From contig NC_087252.1 of NCBI RefSeq assembly GCF_037042905.1, forward strand, positions 19,532,001-19,596,000: a stretch of 64,000 bases of DNA, given 5' to 3'. Every line of letters begins with the position of its first letter. The stretch's first letter is position 1. The position numbers and the translations under genes are program-made. Under the pieces are notes generated by a model, which did no database searches, was not told the origin of the DNA, and worked only from the letters and a program-made list of their open reading frames with translations. This DNA is from Lytechinus pictus (Eukaryota). This document shows, in pieces, positions 1 through 13,100 of this stretch.

Positions 1-1022
1 TCAAGGTACCCTTTTCTGGTCAGATATGGAATGTCAGACATACATCCTATCCACTGGTAGTAAACATTCAACCCTCGAATTTCTTCCTTATTTTGTATGA
101 ATTTTTTTAAAGTGCCACATTCACACACGAGTCTACGGGAAATGCTTTAGACCTGTGATACCCCAAGATCAGAAGGGGGGCCATCATTGCCCCACTTCCC
201 ATCCCCATTCCTCAGTACATCTCAAATAGCCCAGTCCTTTTGTATGAACATGTATGTATTATCAGACTGCAGGATCCAAATATTGTATTCTTGGTAGAAA
301 AACTGGGACTGTGAGTTTTTTTTTTGTGCTCTAGCTAATGTTATATCCCTTACTTAAGATTGTTGTATTGAGAGTGTACACAAGGAGAAAAAGAATAGTT
401 TTACTACGAAAAACGTTTGCCATGAAATAGTTCATTTTCCTTGCTGATGTCACGCATAGTCCATTTTTCCCTAGGGAAAAAGTGAACTATACGTTTTTTT
501 TTACCCCCCTACCTCGCGATTCGCGAGCTGTGCGGCGCGATGCGAGCAGAGCACTGCTCAGCCAAACGGTGCTCTCCACTGCATGCCACGGGAAACTTTC
601 AGCGAGCTGCACTAACCAGGTGCGCTCGCTGAATTGACGATCCATAAGGCAAGACTTATTATTTTCTCAACTTCTCAACGATTGTTCTATATCGACTTAT
701 TAAAAATCGTTTCGCTGTAAAACGGTATGAGTGGAAGGGATATAAAACAAATATACAATGACCCATTCTCGGAACAGGCTAAAACTATTCGCACTCAGGA
801 ACATCAGATAGTACTATATGTGATGTTCCTTCGATGCGAATAGTTTTATCCAGATCCTCGAGTGTCATTGTATATTTGTATACTGTTTAATGTTATTGTA
901 CTCCATTAGGGTAGGTTAATCTGCTATTCTGAGAATTCAGCTATATAATCGTGCTGAGGGAATTCTTCTGAAAAAGAAAGGTCTCAAAAACTCACAAGAA
1001 AGGTTTTTTTTCTCTCTTTCAG

Positions 1023-1142
1023 AATGTGAAAGTCCTGAATCCCCATGTTATCTCTCTCTGCATTGCCTGGACATGGAAAAGGATAATTGCGATGGAGAGG
1101 TTCAGTGTCTTGATAGTGGAGAGGATGAATATGAATGTGAAG
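1023..1142 (+). CDS. Gene A exon: LDLa-like repeat (module 1, first)
   Basis: tttcag|AA..GAA G|gtaag; 120 nt; [39 protein letters not shown]. Confidence 0.88.
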
Positions 1143-4100
1143 GTAAGAATACTTGGATGGAGAAGAAAAAAAAAGGATGGATGGTAAATGTTGTGATGGT
1201 GAAGTTCAGAGGATGAATGTGAAGGTGAGAATACTAGGATGGAGGAGAAAGAGAAGGATAGATGATAAATGTGATGGTGAAGTTCAGTGTTTTGATAGTG
1301 GAGAGGATGAATACGGATGTGAAGGTAAGACTACTTGGATGGAGGAGAAAGAGAAGGATAGATGATAAATGCGATTAAGAAGGTCAGTGTCTTGATAGTG
1401 GAGAGGATGAATATGAATTTGAAGGTAAGAATACTGGGACGGAAGAGAAAGGAAAGGATGGATAGATGAATTGATGTTCAAGAATTCAAGGATGGAGGAG
1501 AAAGAATAGGATTGATAAATGTAATTAAGATGTTCATTGGGTTAATGGTGAAAAGTTAATATGGGTTTCAAGTTAAGAATATACTAGTATGGAGGAGAAA
1601 GAGAAGGATAGATGTAACAAAGATGAGTGAATGGTAGGCCAATGTTGGATAGTGAATGGTAGGCCAATGGTGGATAGTGAATGGTAGGCCAATGTTGGAT
1701 AGTGAATGGTAGGCCAATGGTGGATAGTGAATGGTAGGCCAATGGTGGATAGTGAATGGTAGGCCAATGGTGGATGAGTGAATGGTAGGCCAATGGTTGA
1801 TCGTGAAAGGTAGGCCAATGGTGGATAGTGAATGGTAGGACAATGGTTGATCGTGAAAGGTAGGCCAATGGTGGATAGTGAATGGTAGGCCAATGGTGGA
1901 TAGTGAATGGTAGGCCAATGGTGGGTGAGTGAATGGTAGGCCAATGGTTGATCGTGAAAGGTAGACCAATGGTGGATAGTGAATGGTAGGCCAGTGTTGG
2001 ATAGTGAATGGTAGGCCAATGGTGGATAGTGAATGGTAGGCCAATGGTGGATGAGCGAATGGTAGGCCAATGGTTGATCGTGAAAGGTAGGCCAATGGTG
2101 GATAGTGAATGGTAGGCCAATGGTGGATGAGTGAATGGTAGGCCAATGGTTGATCGTGAAAGGTAGGCCAATGGTGGATAGTGAATGGTAGGACAATGGT
2201 TGATCGTGAAAGGTAGGCCAATGGTGGATAGTGAATGGTAGGCCAATGGTGGATGAGTGAATGGTAGGCCAATGGTGGATGAGTGAATGGTAGGCCAATG
2301 GTGGATAGTGAATGGTAGGCCAATGGTGGATAGTGAATGGTAGGACAATGGTTGATCGTGAAAGGTAGGCCAATGGTGGATAGTGAATGGTAGGCCAATG
2401 GTGGATGAGTGAATGGTAGGCCAATGGTTGATCGTGAAAGGTAGGCCAATGGTGGATAGTGAATGGTAGGACAATGGTTGATCGTGAAAGGTAGGCCAAT
2501 GGTGGATAGTGAATGGTAGGACAATGGTTGATCGTGAAAGGTAGGCCAATGGTGGATAGTGAATGGTAGGCCAATGGTGGATAGTGAATGGTAGGCCAAT
2601 GGTGGGTGAGTGGAAGGTTGGCCAATGGTTGATCGTGAAAGGTAGACCAATGGTGGATAGTGAATGGTAGGCCAATGGTGGATAGTGAATGGTAGGCCAA
2701 TGGTGGATAGTGAATGGTAGGCCAATGGTGGATAGTGAATGGTAGGCCAATGGTGGATAGTGAATGGTAGGCCAATGGTGGATAGTGAATGGTAGGCCAA
2801 TGGTGGGTGAGTGAATGGTAGGCCAATGGTGGATAGTGAATGGTAGGCCAATGTTGGATAGTGATTGGTAGGCCAATGGTGGATAGTGAATGGTAGGCCA
2901 ATGGTGGATAGTGAATGGTAGGCCAATGGTGGATAGTGAATGGTAGGCCAATGGTGGATGAGTGAATGGTAGGCCAATGGTGGATGGTGAATGGTAGGCC
3001 AATGGTGGCTGAGTGAATGGTAGGCCAATGGTGGCTGAGTGAATGGTAGGCCAATGGTGGCTGAGTGAATGGTAGGCCAATGTTGGATAGTGAATGGTAG
3101 GCCAATGTTGGATAGTGAATGGTAGGCCAATGGTGGATGGTGAATGGTAGGCCAATGGTGGCTGAGTGAATGGTAGGCCAATGTTGGATAGTGAATGGTA
3201 GGCCAATGTTGGATAGTGAATGGTAGGCCAATGGTGGATGGTGAATGGTAGGCCAATGTTGGATAGTGAATGGTAGGCCCATGTTGGATAGTGAATGGTA
3301 GGCCAATGGTGGATAGTGAATGGTAGGCCAATGGTGGATGAATGAATGGTAGGCCAATGTTGGATAGTGAATGGTAGGCCAATGGTGGATAGTGAATGGT
3401 AGGCCAATGGTGGATAGTGAATGGTAGGCCAATGGTGGATAGTGAATGGTAGGCCAATGGTGGATAGTGAATGGTAGGCCAATGGTGGATGAATGAATGG
3501 TAGGCCAATGGTGGATAGTGAATGGTAGGCCAATGGTGGATAGTGAATGGTAGGCCAATGGTGGATAGTGAATGGTAGGCCAATGGTGGCTGAGTGAATG
3601 GTAGGCCAATGTTGGATAGTGAATGGTAGGCCAATGGTGGATGAATGAATGGTAGGCCAATGGTGGATGAATGAATGGTAGGCCAATGGTGGATAGTGAA
3701 TGGTAGGCCAATGGTGGATAGTGAATGGTAGGCCAATGGTGGATGAATGAATGGTAGGCCAATGGTGGATAGTGAATGGTAGGCCAATGGTGGATAGTGA
3801 ATGGTAGGCCAATGGTGGATGGTGAATGGTAGGCCAATGGTGGCTGAGTGAATGGTAGGCCAATGTTGGATAGTGAATGGTAGGCCAATGTTGGATAGTG
3901 AATGGTAGGCCAATGGTGGATGGTGAATGGTAGGCCAATGTTGGATAGTGAATGGTAGGCCCATGTTGGATAGTGAATGGTAGGCCAATGGTGGATAGTG
4001 AATGGTAGGCCAATGGTGGATGAATGAATGGTAGGCCAATGTTGGATAGTGAACGGTAGGCCAATGGTGGATAGTGAATGGTAGGCCAATGGTGGATAGT

Positions 4101-7100
4101 GAATGGTAGGCCAATGGTGGATAGTGAATGGTAGGCCAATGGTGGATAGTGAATGGTAGGCCAATGGTGGATGAGTGAATGGTAGGCCAATGGTTGATCG
4201 TAAAAGGTAGGCCAATGGTGGATGAGTGAATGGTAGGCCAATGGTGGATGTATAAGGTGTCATTGTTGGTTAATGAATGGTCTTTTAATCAATGGTGGGC
4301 CAATAGTAGGAACCGTTGAGATTTAATTTATACAAATTAGTTGGTCCAATAGTGCCTATCATTGGAAAAATACAGTTGGTTTACCATTGAAATACCATTG
4401 GATATGCAAATTAGGGTTCCAATTATTTGAATTAGTTTCAGTGGTGTTTCAATGGTGTCCCAATGTTGATTGATATCCAGTGATCAATGGTATATCAATG
4501 ATAAGTTTCAATGGCGTTTCAATGGTATACCATTGAGAAATTTCTGTAGGGGTACTAGTATGGAGGAGAAAGAGAAGGATGGATGTTGAAGAAGTTCAGT
4601 GTCTTAATGGTGAAAAGGATGTATATGGATGTGAAGGTAAGCCTTGCGTGCAACTTGTGGTAAACTATTTTTGCTACCCGCAAGTCGCCCGCAGGTCACC
4701 TGCATTCTGCAATTGCCCGCAGAAGTGCGGGCTGCAAGTCTGATTTACACACAGAAAAGTATTGAACATGCTCAAAACTTTGCGGATGAGTTGCGGGCAA
4801 TCACCCGCAACTCACCCACAAGGCTTGCACCGTACGATGTGACAGGGCCTTTACTATTGGTGTGATACGTGTATATTTTATACAACCTTTTTCCACCAAC
4901 AGGTTGCCCATATGGTCTGTACCCATGCTACTTTGATGAGTCCATTTGTTACAATTACACTGCCGTTGGATGTGATGGAAACTATGATTGTCCAGGTGGT
5001 TCTGATGAATACAACTGTACAGGTAAGATTCTTCATTTTCATTTTATTTTGTTTTATGACGTATTCATCTTTCCGAGCGGATGTTTAATAATTTCATTTT
5101 CAATCCCATGATCACCCAAGTTGAAACATAAAATTTGTTCATTAGAAATTATTGTTACGAAGTATTCTGAATTGATGTGTCATTTGTTAGTAGGGTTTGA
5201 AGGTTCGAATAAAGTGACTCGCACTTTGTTAATCAACAACAAAAAAAACCCAGAATATTTTCGTTATGTTTTGAAGAATAGGAGTAAGTTTCATTCGGCA
5301 GTTGCTCTAATTACATGTATCTCAGGTAACTTCCAAACAGCGTTATAATAATCCACTTTTATATAGCGATTTATACATGTACATGTAAATGATGCCTCAA
5401 AGCAGTATTACACGTATGTCTTTTTGTATTTTTCTGTGTCTTTCCTTAGGATGTTTTGCATGTAATGGTTCTTCGGAATGTTTACTTGACCTTCAAGTTT
5501 GTAACTTCTATAACGATTGTCCTGATGGGGAAGATGAGGCTAATAATCTTTGCAATCATACAGAGTTTAAAAGTAAGTCTCTATTATTTACAGTAGTTAA
5601 TAATGGATTTTGCATACAGAGGTGCTCAAAAGTAAACCCAAGCAGAAAATGAACAGTATAATGTCAGGCGCGGATCCGGGGGGGGGGGGGGGGCACAGGG
5701 GGCATGTGCCCCCCTCCCCCTTTTAAGAAGCAAAATTAATTTTTATTTTTTTTTGTTTGTCAATTTTTTTCGGGTACGAAATATCTTAACTTGTGGTTGA
5801 AAACCTTTTTTTTTTGGCTTGTCAAAATTTTCCTCTGAAAAATTTGCCCCCCCCCCCTTTTGGAAAATCCTGGATCTGCCCCTGTGTAAGGTGTTCAATT
5901 TCTGCCATGTTTTACATATATAATTGTTAAGTTAGATGATCAAGTATCAAAACATTCAATAAAGTGCGTTTCTCTGGGCTCGCTGAACATGTGTTGTCTA
6001 CATTTTAGACTCGGCATGAAGGAGTGCATTTTTTGGTGGGTTTCACAAACTTTTGAGCACATTTTTATATAAACGCAAAAATAAATTCACATGAACTATT
6101 GAAACGTGACTATGTTGACTTCAATATGCACACACTGTTACAGCACTTGTCTGGTCACTTGCTTTTCGACTCAACAATTAAGTAATTTTAAGTCAGTGTA
6201 AGTCAATGTTGGTCAAGAAGAGTACATGTAGTTTTAACACTAGCTATTGTGCTACGAACCTCTATATTAAATAGTTGAACTATTTCGAGTAAAGGGGAAC
6301 CTTCGTTCAGGCCCAAATTTACAAATTGGTGGTTTCAATGGTACCATGGTAGAGAACCCTTTAAACCCAATTATAAATGCACACTTTTGGCAAATGAAGC
6401 ATGATTATGCAAGAAATCTGCATAGTCCATGGGTTTTTTAAAGGGTTTTGTACCATGGTACGGTTGAAACAATTTTATTTTGTTCTTCTTTGTTTAGATT
6501 TGATTCTTTGACTATTCTTTCTTGTGTATGTGTGTGTGTTTATGTGTGGGAGTGGGGAGGGATCATAATTAATTGTGCCACTTCAGAAGTTCTACATGTA
6601 TGTTAGTCTGGAATCTGGATATTTAAAAATGAAAACCAAAATAAAAAATTTCTTATATTTCTGCAATGTAGCCTAATTAAAAAAATGTACTTTTTGATAA
6701 TGATGATAAAAAAATGATAGTAATCTGGTGCTTATATAGCACATTATTAATCAAAAGTGCACTATGTGCTCTACATGTACAGCTCTCCAATATTATGATA
6801 TTAAACTATGATAAAAGTATATGGGTAATTTTGGGCTTTCTCTCTTACTGATTTATGCTCTGGAAATTTTGAAGCTCTGTTTTATATCTGGCAAGTGTCT
6901 CTCTGCCCCTAATCTAACAGCCCTTTTAATCACATTGTTATGAATGTGTCATTGAGATTCAAATACTTTGAATTGAAGTGTTTTCTCCTCAGTAAAATCT
7001 TTAAAATGCTCTCATTCCCTCTTTCTCACTCACTCTTCTGCTCTCTTTCCTACTCTCTCTTGCTCTCTTTAATCTATTTAATACTTTCCTTGTGTCAACA

Positions 7101-10100
7101 CTCGCCCATGCTCTCTTTCATACTCTTTTTTTGCTTTCTCTTACTCTTCCTCTCTTTTTCAACACTCATGTTCTCTTTAATTTAATACTCTGTTTTGCTA
7201 TCTCTTAAGTACTCTCTTTTGCTATCTCTTACTCTCTTTTGCTTTCTCTTACTCTCCCTCTCTTTTTCAACACTCATGTTCTCTTTAATTTAATACTCTT
7301 TTTTGCTTTCTCTTACTCTCTTTTGCTATCTCTTACTCTCTTTTGCTATCTCTTACTCTCTTTTGCTATCTCTTACTCTTTCTCTCTTACTCTCTAAATT
7401 ACTCTCTTTCTCACATGCTTGCATTTCTCTCAAATACTTTCTCCCCCTATCTCTCTCTCTGTATCTCTTATTCCCTTCACCCCTCCTCCTTTTCTCTGTC
7501 TCCTTTTATTCCATAGGCTTACATGACATCCAAGTTGGCGTTTGGACAGACTTCAGTGAAGTATTAGTATCCCAAAGAACTCTTGATGATCGTAATACTC
7601 CAGCTAGTAAATTCTATGATTTCACCCACTATGTCTTTGAAAGTCCTGAAGGATCTACATTGTTTATGGAGATACAGGTTTGTCTTTAATCATTTGGTTC
7701 CATGACATTTGCTCTGGCGACAATTGCTCCACTGTAAATTCCATACACTAATGGAATGGCCCATCCCAACATCGGGTTTAACACTATACCCTACACTAAA
7801 CCTAACCCTACACCTAACATAAAACCCTATCGCAACCTTAACCGTAACCCTACATCTTAGATGAATTTAAGCCCGAGAGCAATTGTCGCAAGAGCAAATG
7901 TTATAACACCAATCATTTATTTTTACAGTGGTGCTCAATAGTTTTTGTTTTATATCTAAGTATCAGTGGTGCTCAAAAGTTAGTGGACCTCATCAGAAAA
8001 TGAACATATATACAGCATTCAAGTTCTGCCATGTTTCAGATATTCAATTGTGAAGTCAGATTACATTCAATGAAGTTTGTTTCTTTGTCCTCACTGAACA
8101 ATATAGTGTTGTTGGCAACATTCAATACTCAGTATGAAGGAATACATTTTTTGGGGTGGGGTTCAAAAACTTTTGAGCACAACTGTATGGTGCATTTGAT
8201 GAATTGTTCTGAGTGACGTGCATATGACTCTCGGCAGACTCAAATAGATTTTTCAGTTTTGAAATATGACAGCATATGGTAAAATCAATAATATTCAACA
8301 TTCTCCAGTCACATAAAAGTCAGTCTGCTGATCTTTATTTTTTAGTTCTTAGGTTAGTGTTTCTTCAGCATTTCCTGACAAGTCAGATTTAACAACTTCC
8401 CTTGAGTTTGATTGGCTGAGAACCATGGTTACTATCATGGTAACTGTCGGATAAAACTGGACTTGTTGGATAAATTATACAAATAAATAGTGAAAACAGC
8501 ACAAATATTAGGAAAACTGAAGTTGCCATGCAGATGAAACCTTGCAAACACGGTCATGCAAAACTTTTGAATGGTACATATTTTTCATTTGTGTTATTGG
8601 ATAATTCTGTTTTTTATGATTATTTGTATATTTTTGTAGTTCAAGTTTAAAGGCCTAAAATATTGTGTTTCCTGTGAAATTCTGGGAAATCAATGTTCTT
8701 CCTGAGTTCCATGAATTTTTGTTTGTTTTTCATATCATGGAAAACTGCAGAATCAAGAATCAGTTATTTTCATTAAAATGGAAGATAAAAGACCTTGGGC
8801 CTGTTGCTGAAAAAGATGCAATCAATCGCAACTGCAAAAATCATGCGGAACTTGATTTTCTACCAATCAACAGCGCGCATTTGGGACTTGCGATTGATTT
8901 TTTGACTTGCATTTAAATGCAACTCTTTCTGTAAAGGGCCCCTTGTCAATATTATGGACATACATGTAGAATATAACAATTTATGATTCTGACTCCACGT
9001 TATGTGGAGTGCTCTGGCCCAGTGGTTTAGGCCCCAAATTTTGAAACAGAAACTTGTGGGTTCAAACCCCAGCCATTGCATCGATTTCCTTTAGCAAGAA
9101 ATTATCCTTATTATGCTACACTCAACCCAGGTGGATGTTTCATAAAGCTGTTTGCAAGTTAAGAACAACTTCAGAATGACTGGTGTACCTTACGCGCTAA
9201 ATAATCACCAATTAAAAAAAATGGTTAACATCATTCACCACAATAAAGGATCACCAGTCATTCTTAAAGTCGCTCTTAACTTACAAACAGCTTTATGAAA
9301 CGGCCCCCAGGTGAGGTAAAAGGTTACCTCGCAGGAATGTATTCATTGAAATACTTGTTTGCAATAAAAGGCATACAGGGTTAAAATTAGGCTAATGTTA
9401 ACCTAGTCTCTCGAAAACAGTTGGGGATTTTAAATGGTACATGATACAGGTACATGGTATACAAGGACCAAATATTATCATAATCAAGTATTCTCCTGCA
9501 TATTATATTCAGAATGTGACAGTGAATCTGACCGGACCTCTTTTGGAACTTGTTCATGTCTCGGCTGGCTATGGGACCGACCCAACAGATATCGGGACAA
9601 CCCTAGCGTACGCAAATGGATATGGCTATATTGAAAGCCCTAGCTACAGCAGCAACTTTTCTCTTGTTGATAATGAAGGATATCTTCTTATTGCCATCCC
9701 CAAATCTGTTGCTGGAACCTTCAATATCACTTTCAGAGTCACAGCCATCGGTATGAACTGTTCATGTATAAAAAAAAAATTAAATAGTGGTAAAAGACCT
9801 AGTCTGAAATAACACAGTAAAAAGAGGGATAACGATTTATTTATTGAATGTGTGATCAGATTTCTGACTTGGGTACCTTTGAAATGCCTAGTGATTCATC
9901 CTTCATATTAAAGTTTGTTTTGATAGAGTCAATATTCTTAGAAGAGAGAAGGAGGAGGATTTGTTTCACAAACCGTTAAGAATGATCAATTGCCAACCTA
10001 CCTGTACACACATTGGTGATTTTTTCGGTGCTTTCTCATTAATAATCAACTACACACCCACAAACCATGATGCGACCAAAAAAGTTATGTAATACATGTA

Positions 10101-13100
10101 ATTGCCAGAAAGTTAAGTTACTTAGTTGCTTGCTAATCAATTAAAAAAAAGCTCTCTTAATGCTAAATATTTTCTTCTTGTTTTTTCTTTAGAATGTGAG
10201 TATCCAGAGGAACTCTGCAATGGATCTCTGCACTGCCTCGACAGGATACAGGAAACATGTGATGGGGAAGTTCAGTGTCTTGATAGTGGAGAGGATGAAT
10301 ACGGATGTGAAGGTAAGAATACTTGGATGGAGGAGAAAGAGAAGGATAGATGATAAATGTGATGGTGAAGTGCAGTGTCTTGATAGTGGAGAGGATGAAT
10401 ACGGATGTGAAGGTAAGAATACTAGAATGAAGGAGAAAGAGAAGGATAGATGATAATTGTGATTGTGAAGTTCAGTGTCTTGATAGTGAAGAGGATGACT
10501 ACGGATGTGAAGGTAAGAATACTTGGATGGAGGAAAAAGAGAAGGATAGATGATAAATGTGATGGTGAAGTGCAGTGTCTTGATAGTGGAGAGGATGAAT
10601 ACGGATGTGAAGGTAAGAATACTTGGATGGAGGAGAAAGAGAAGGATAGATGATAATTGTGATTGTGAAGTTCAGTGTCTTGATAGTGAAGAGGATGACT
10701 ACGGATGTGAAGGTAAGAATACTTGGATGGAGGAAAAAGAGAAGGATAGATGATAAATGTGATGGTGAAGTGCAGTGTCTTGATAGTGGAGAGGATGAAT
10801 ACGGATGTGAAGGTAAGAATACTTGGATGGAGGAGAAAGAGAAGGATAGAGGATAATTGTGATGGTGAAGTTCAGTGTCTTGATAGTGAAGAGGATGACT
10901 ACGGATGTGAAGGTAAGAATACTTGGATGGAGGAAAAAGAGAAGGATAGATGATAAATGTGATGGTTAAGTGCAGTGTCTTGATAGTGGAGAGGATGAAT
11001 ACGGATGTGAAGGTAAGAATACTTGGATGGAGGAAAAAGAGAAGGATAGATGATAAATGTGATGGTGAAGTTCAGTGTCTTGATAGTGAAGAGGATGACT
11101 ACGGATGTGAAGGTAAGAATACTTGGATGGAGGAGAAAGAGAAGAATAGATGATAATTGTGATGGTGAAGTTCAGTGTCTTGATAGTGGAGAGGATGAAT
11201 ACCGATGTGAAGGTAAGAATACCTGGATGGAAGAGAAAGAAGAATGGAAGATAAATGTGACAGGAGTTTATTGGATTGACAGTAGGATGAATTTGGTGTG
11301 AAGGTAAAGATAGAGGAGAAAGAAAGAATGGATGATAAATGTGAAGACGCAGTTCAATGTCTTGATAATGAAGAAGATGAATGCGGAGAGGAAGTCCAGA
11401 TTATGAGGAAGGAGAAAAAGGAATAAGTGAAAAAAATCAATGTATAGATAGTGAATGGGATTTGATAAATGGGATGAGATTAAAGGTTTTGGTATCCTTT
11501 GCTACGGAGAGCATACAAAATCTTTTTTATCATTATTTTACAATGTAAGTACTCAGATTGGTACTCAAATTTTAGAATGTCTTATTTTTCTGGAGCATTG
11601 TGGCCCAGTAGATTAGTCTCCGGACTTTGAAACAGAGGATCCCAGCCATGGCGTAAATTCCTTCGGAAAGAAATTTATCCACATAGTGCTGCACTTGACC
11701 CAGATGAGGTGAATGGGTACCTGGTAGGATTTAGATCTCGGCCGATGATTGCGCGATCGCCATGAAAATTTGCACGCGTGTAGAGCCGGATGAAAACTAC
11801 AAGACTGTATTGTGAAATTTTCCAAAATTAATTGTTTATATTTTTTATTAATTATGCAAATAAGCGTATGAAATTTACCCTAAATTTTGTTTTTTGTGTA
11901 TGTTTTTGCTTTTAACTCAATTTATATAGCTAGTAGAATGCTAATTTTTGGTTGGAGTATCAATTATTACATTTCTAACAAATATCTACAAAAAAATTAT
12001 GATAATTATAATATAATTAATTTGTTATATTTTTTATTGTTTTTAAAATTCTTACATGTATGTATTTCTTTGTTTTTATTGTTTTTTCCAATGAACTTCG
12101 TCAGGGACCCTTTTGCGATCATAAATAGCATAAAATAAATCCATTTAAAGCAACAAAAGTAAAAATAAACATACATTTATGATTTTGGATGAAAAACACA
12201 ATTTGCATTGAATTTGTACACGCAATCACGTTTTTGAGCAACTTTGGGTCTGACATGCACTTATAAAATGTTGCGTAAGTTCGGAACCCTGGCATCTCTA
12301 AAGATGCACAAGACTTGAAAGTAAAAAGTCAGTGAGCAGCGCGGTCAAAAAATTTTGCGCAGCGTCAAATTGACCCCCTTAGTTTAATAAGGTTTCTAAA
12401 AAAAAATCCCATTTGGGTGCAGTAAATAATGCATTACCGCATTGGTAGATTATGTTTTGTACGGCCGATTTGTCTAGAAAATGTTAAAGGGGGGCATAAT
12501 GCCCCCCTCTTATGGGCTATATTAAACTTTTGGTGAAACTCCACCTAGGGTTGAAATTTAAGTTCATGCTGACTAACTTGCTTGAAACTATTGTCCATGA
12601 ATGGTGTGTTGGCTCAGTAGAGCCTCCGTCATACAAGAGCCGCGCCAGACCAAAAAGATGTTACATAATCAGAATTGCTGCTACCCTGTCTAAAGGGATA
12701 GAGCAACGTTGATCTGGTGCTGCACGGTAACTACCAGGCCCAAGATCAATTGAGGAAAACAAATTATCAGAGTATTTCTGTTTCAGATTTATATTTTGAA
12801 CAAATAAAATATGGATTTTGGGATTCTTGAATTTTCCTTCTCTTTTTGTGACAGAATGTTTCCATGGCGAATATTGCTGGTATGAATATGAATGTGTTCA
12901 GCCTCGTGATCAATGTAATGGACTTTATGACTGCGCAAGTGGAAGTGATGAGAGTGATTGCCCAGGTAAGTACGAACACTTAACTTTGTAGTATATGTTT
13001 GAAATAAAGACTTATCCATAGGCCTACTCATACAGTACTCTTATACTAATAATTATGCTAAGACGCAACTCGCATTTAGTGCTATTATGGTATCAATTGC

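Noticed and set aside
1622..4250. CRISPR-like regular repeat
   Set aside because: No unique spacers, no cas genes, eukaryotic intron context.
1568..4263. Three 850-900-aa minus-strand ORFs ([13 protein letters not shown] repeats)
   Set aside because: All three frames are open only because the 25/26-bp unit has no minus-strand stop codons; the unit is not a multiple of 3 and lies in an intron.
10450..11301. Series of 67-aa ORFs suggesting extra LDLa exons
   Set aside because: Each unit holds only half an LDLa repeat, shifts frame every 100 bp, contains a stop and has no acceptor.
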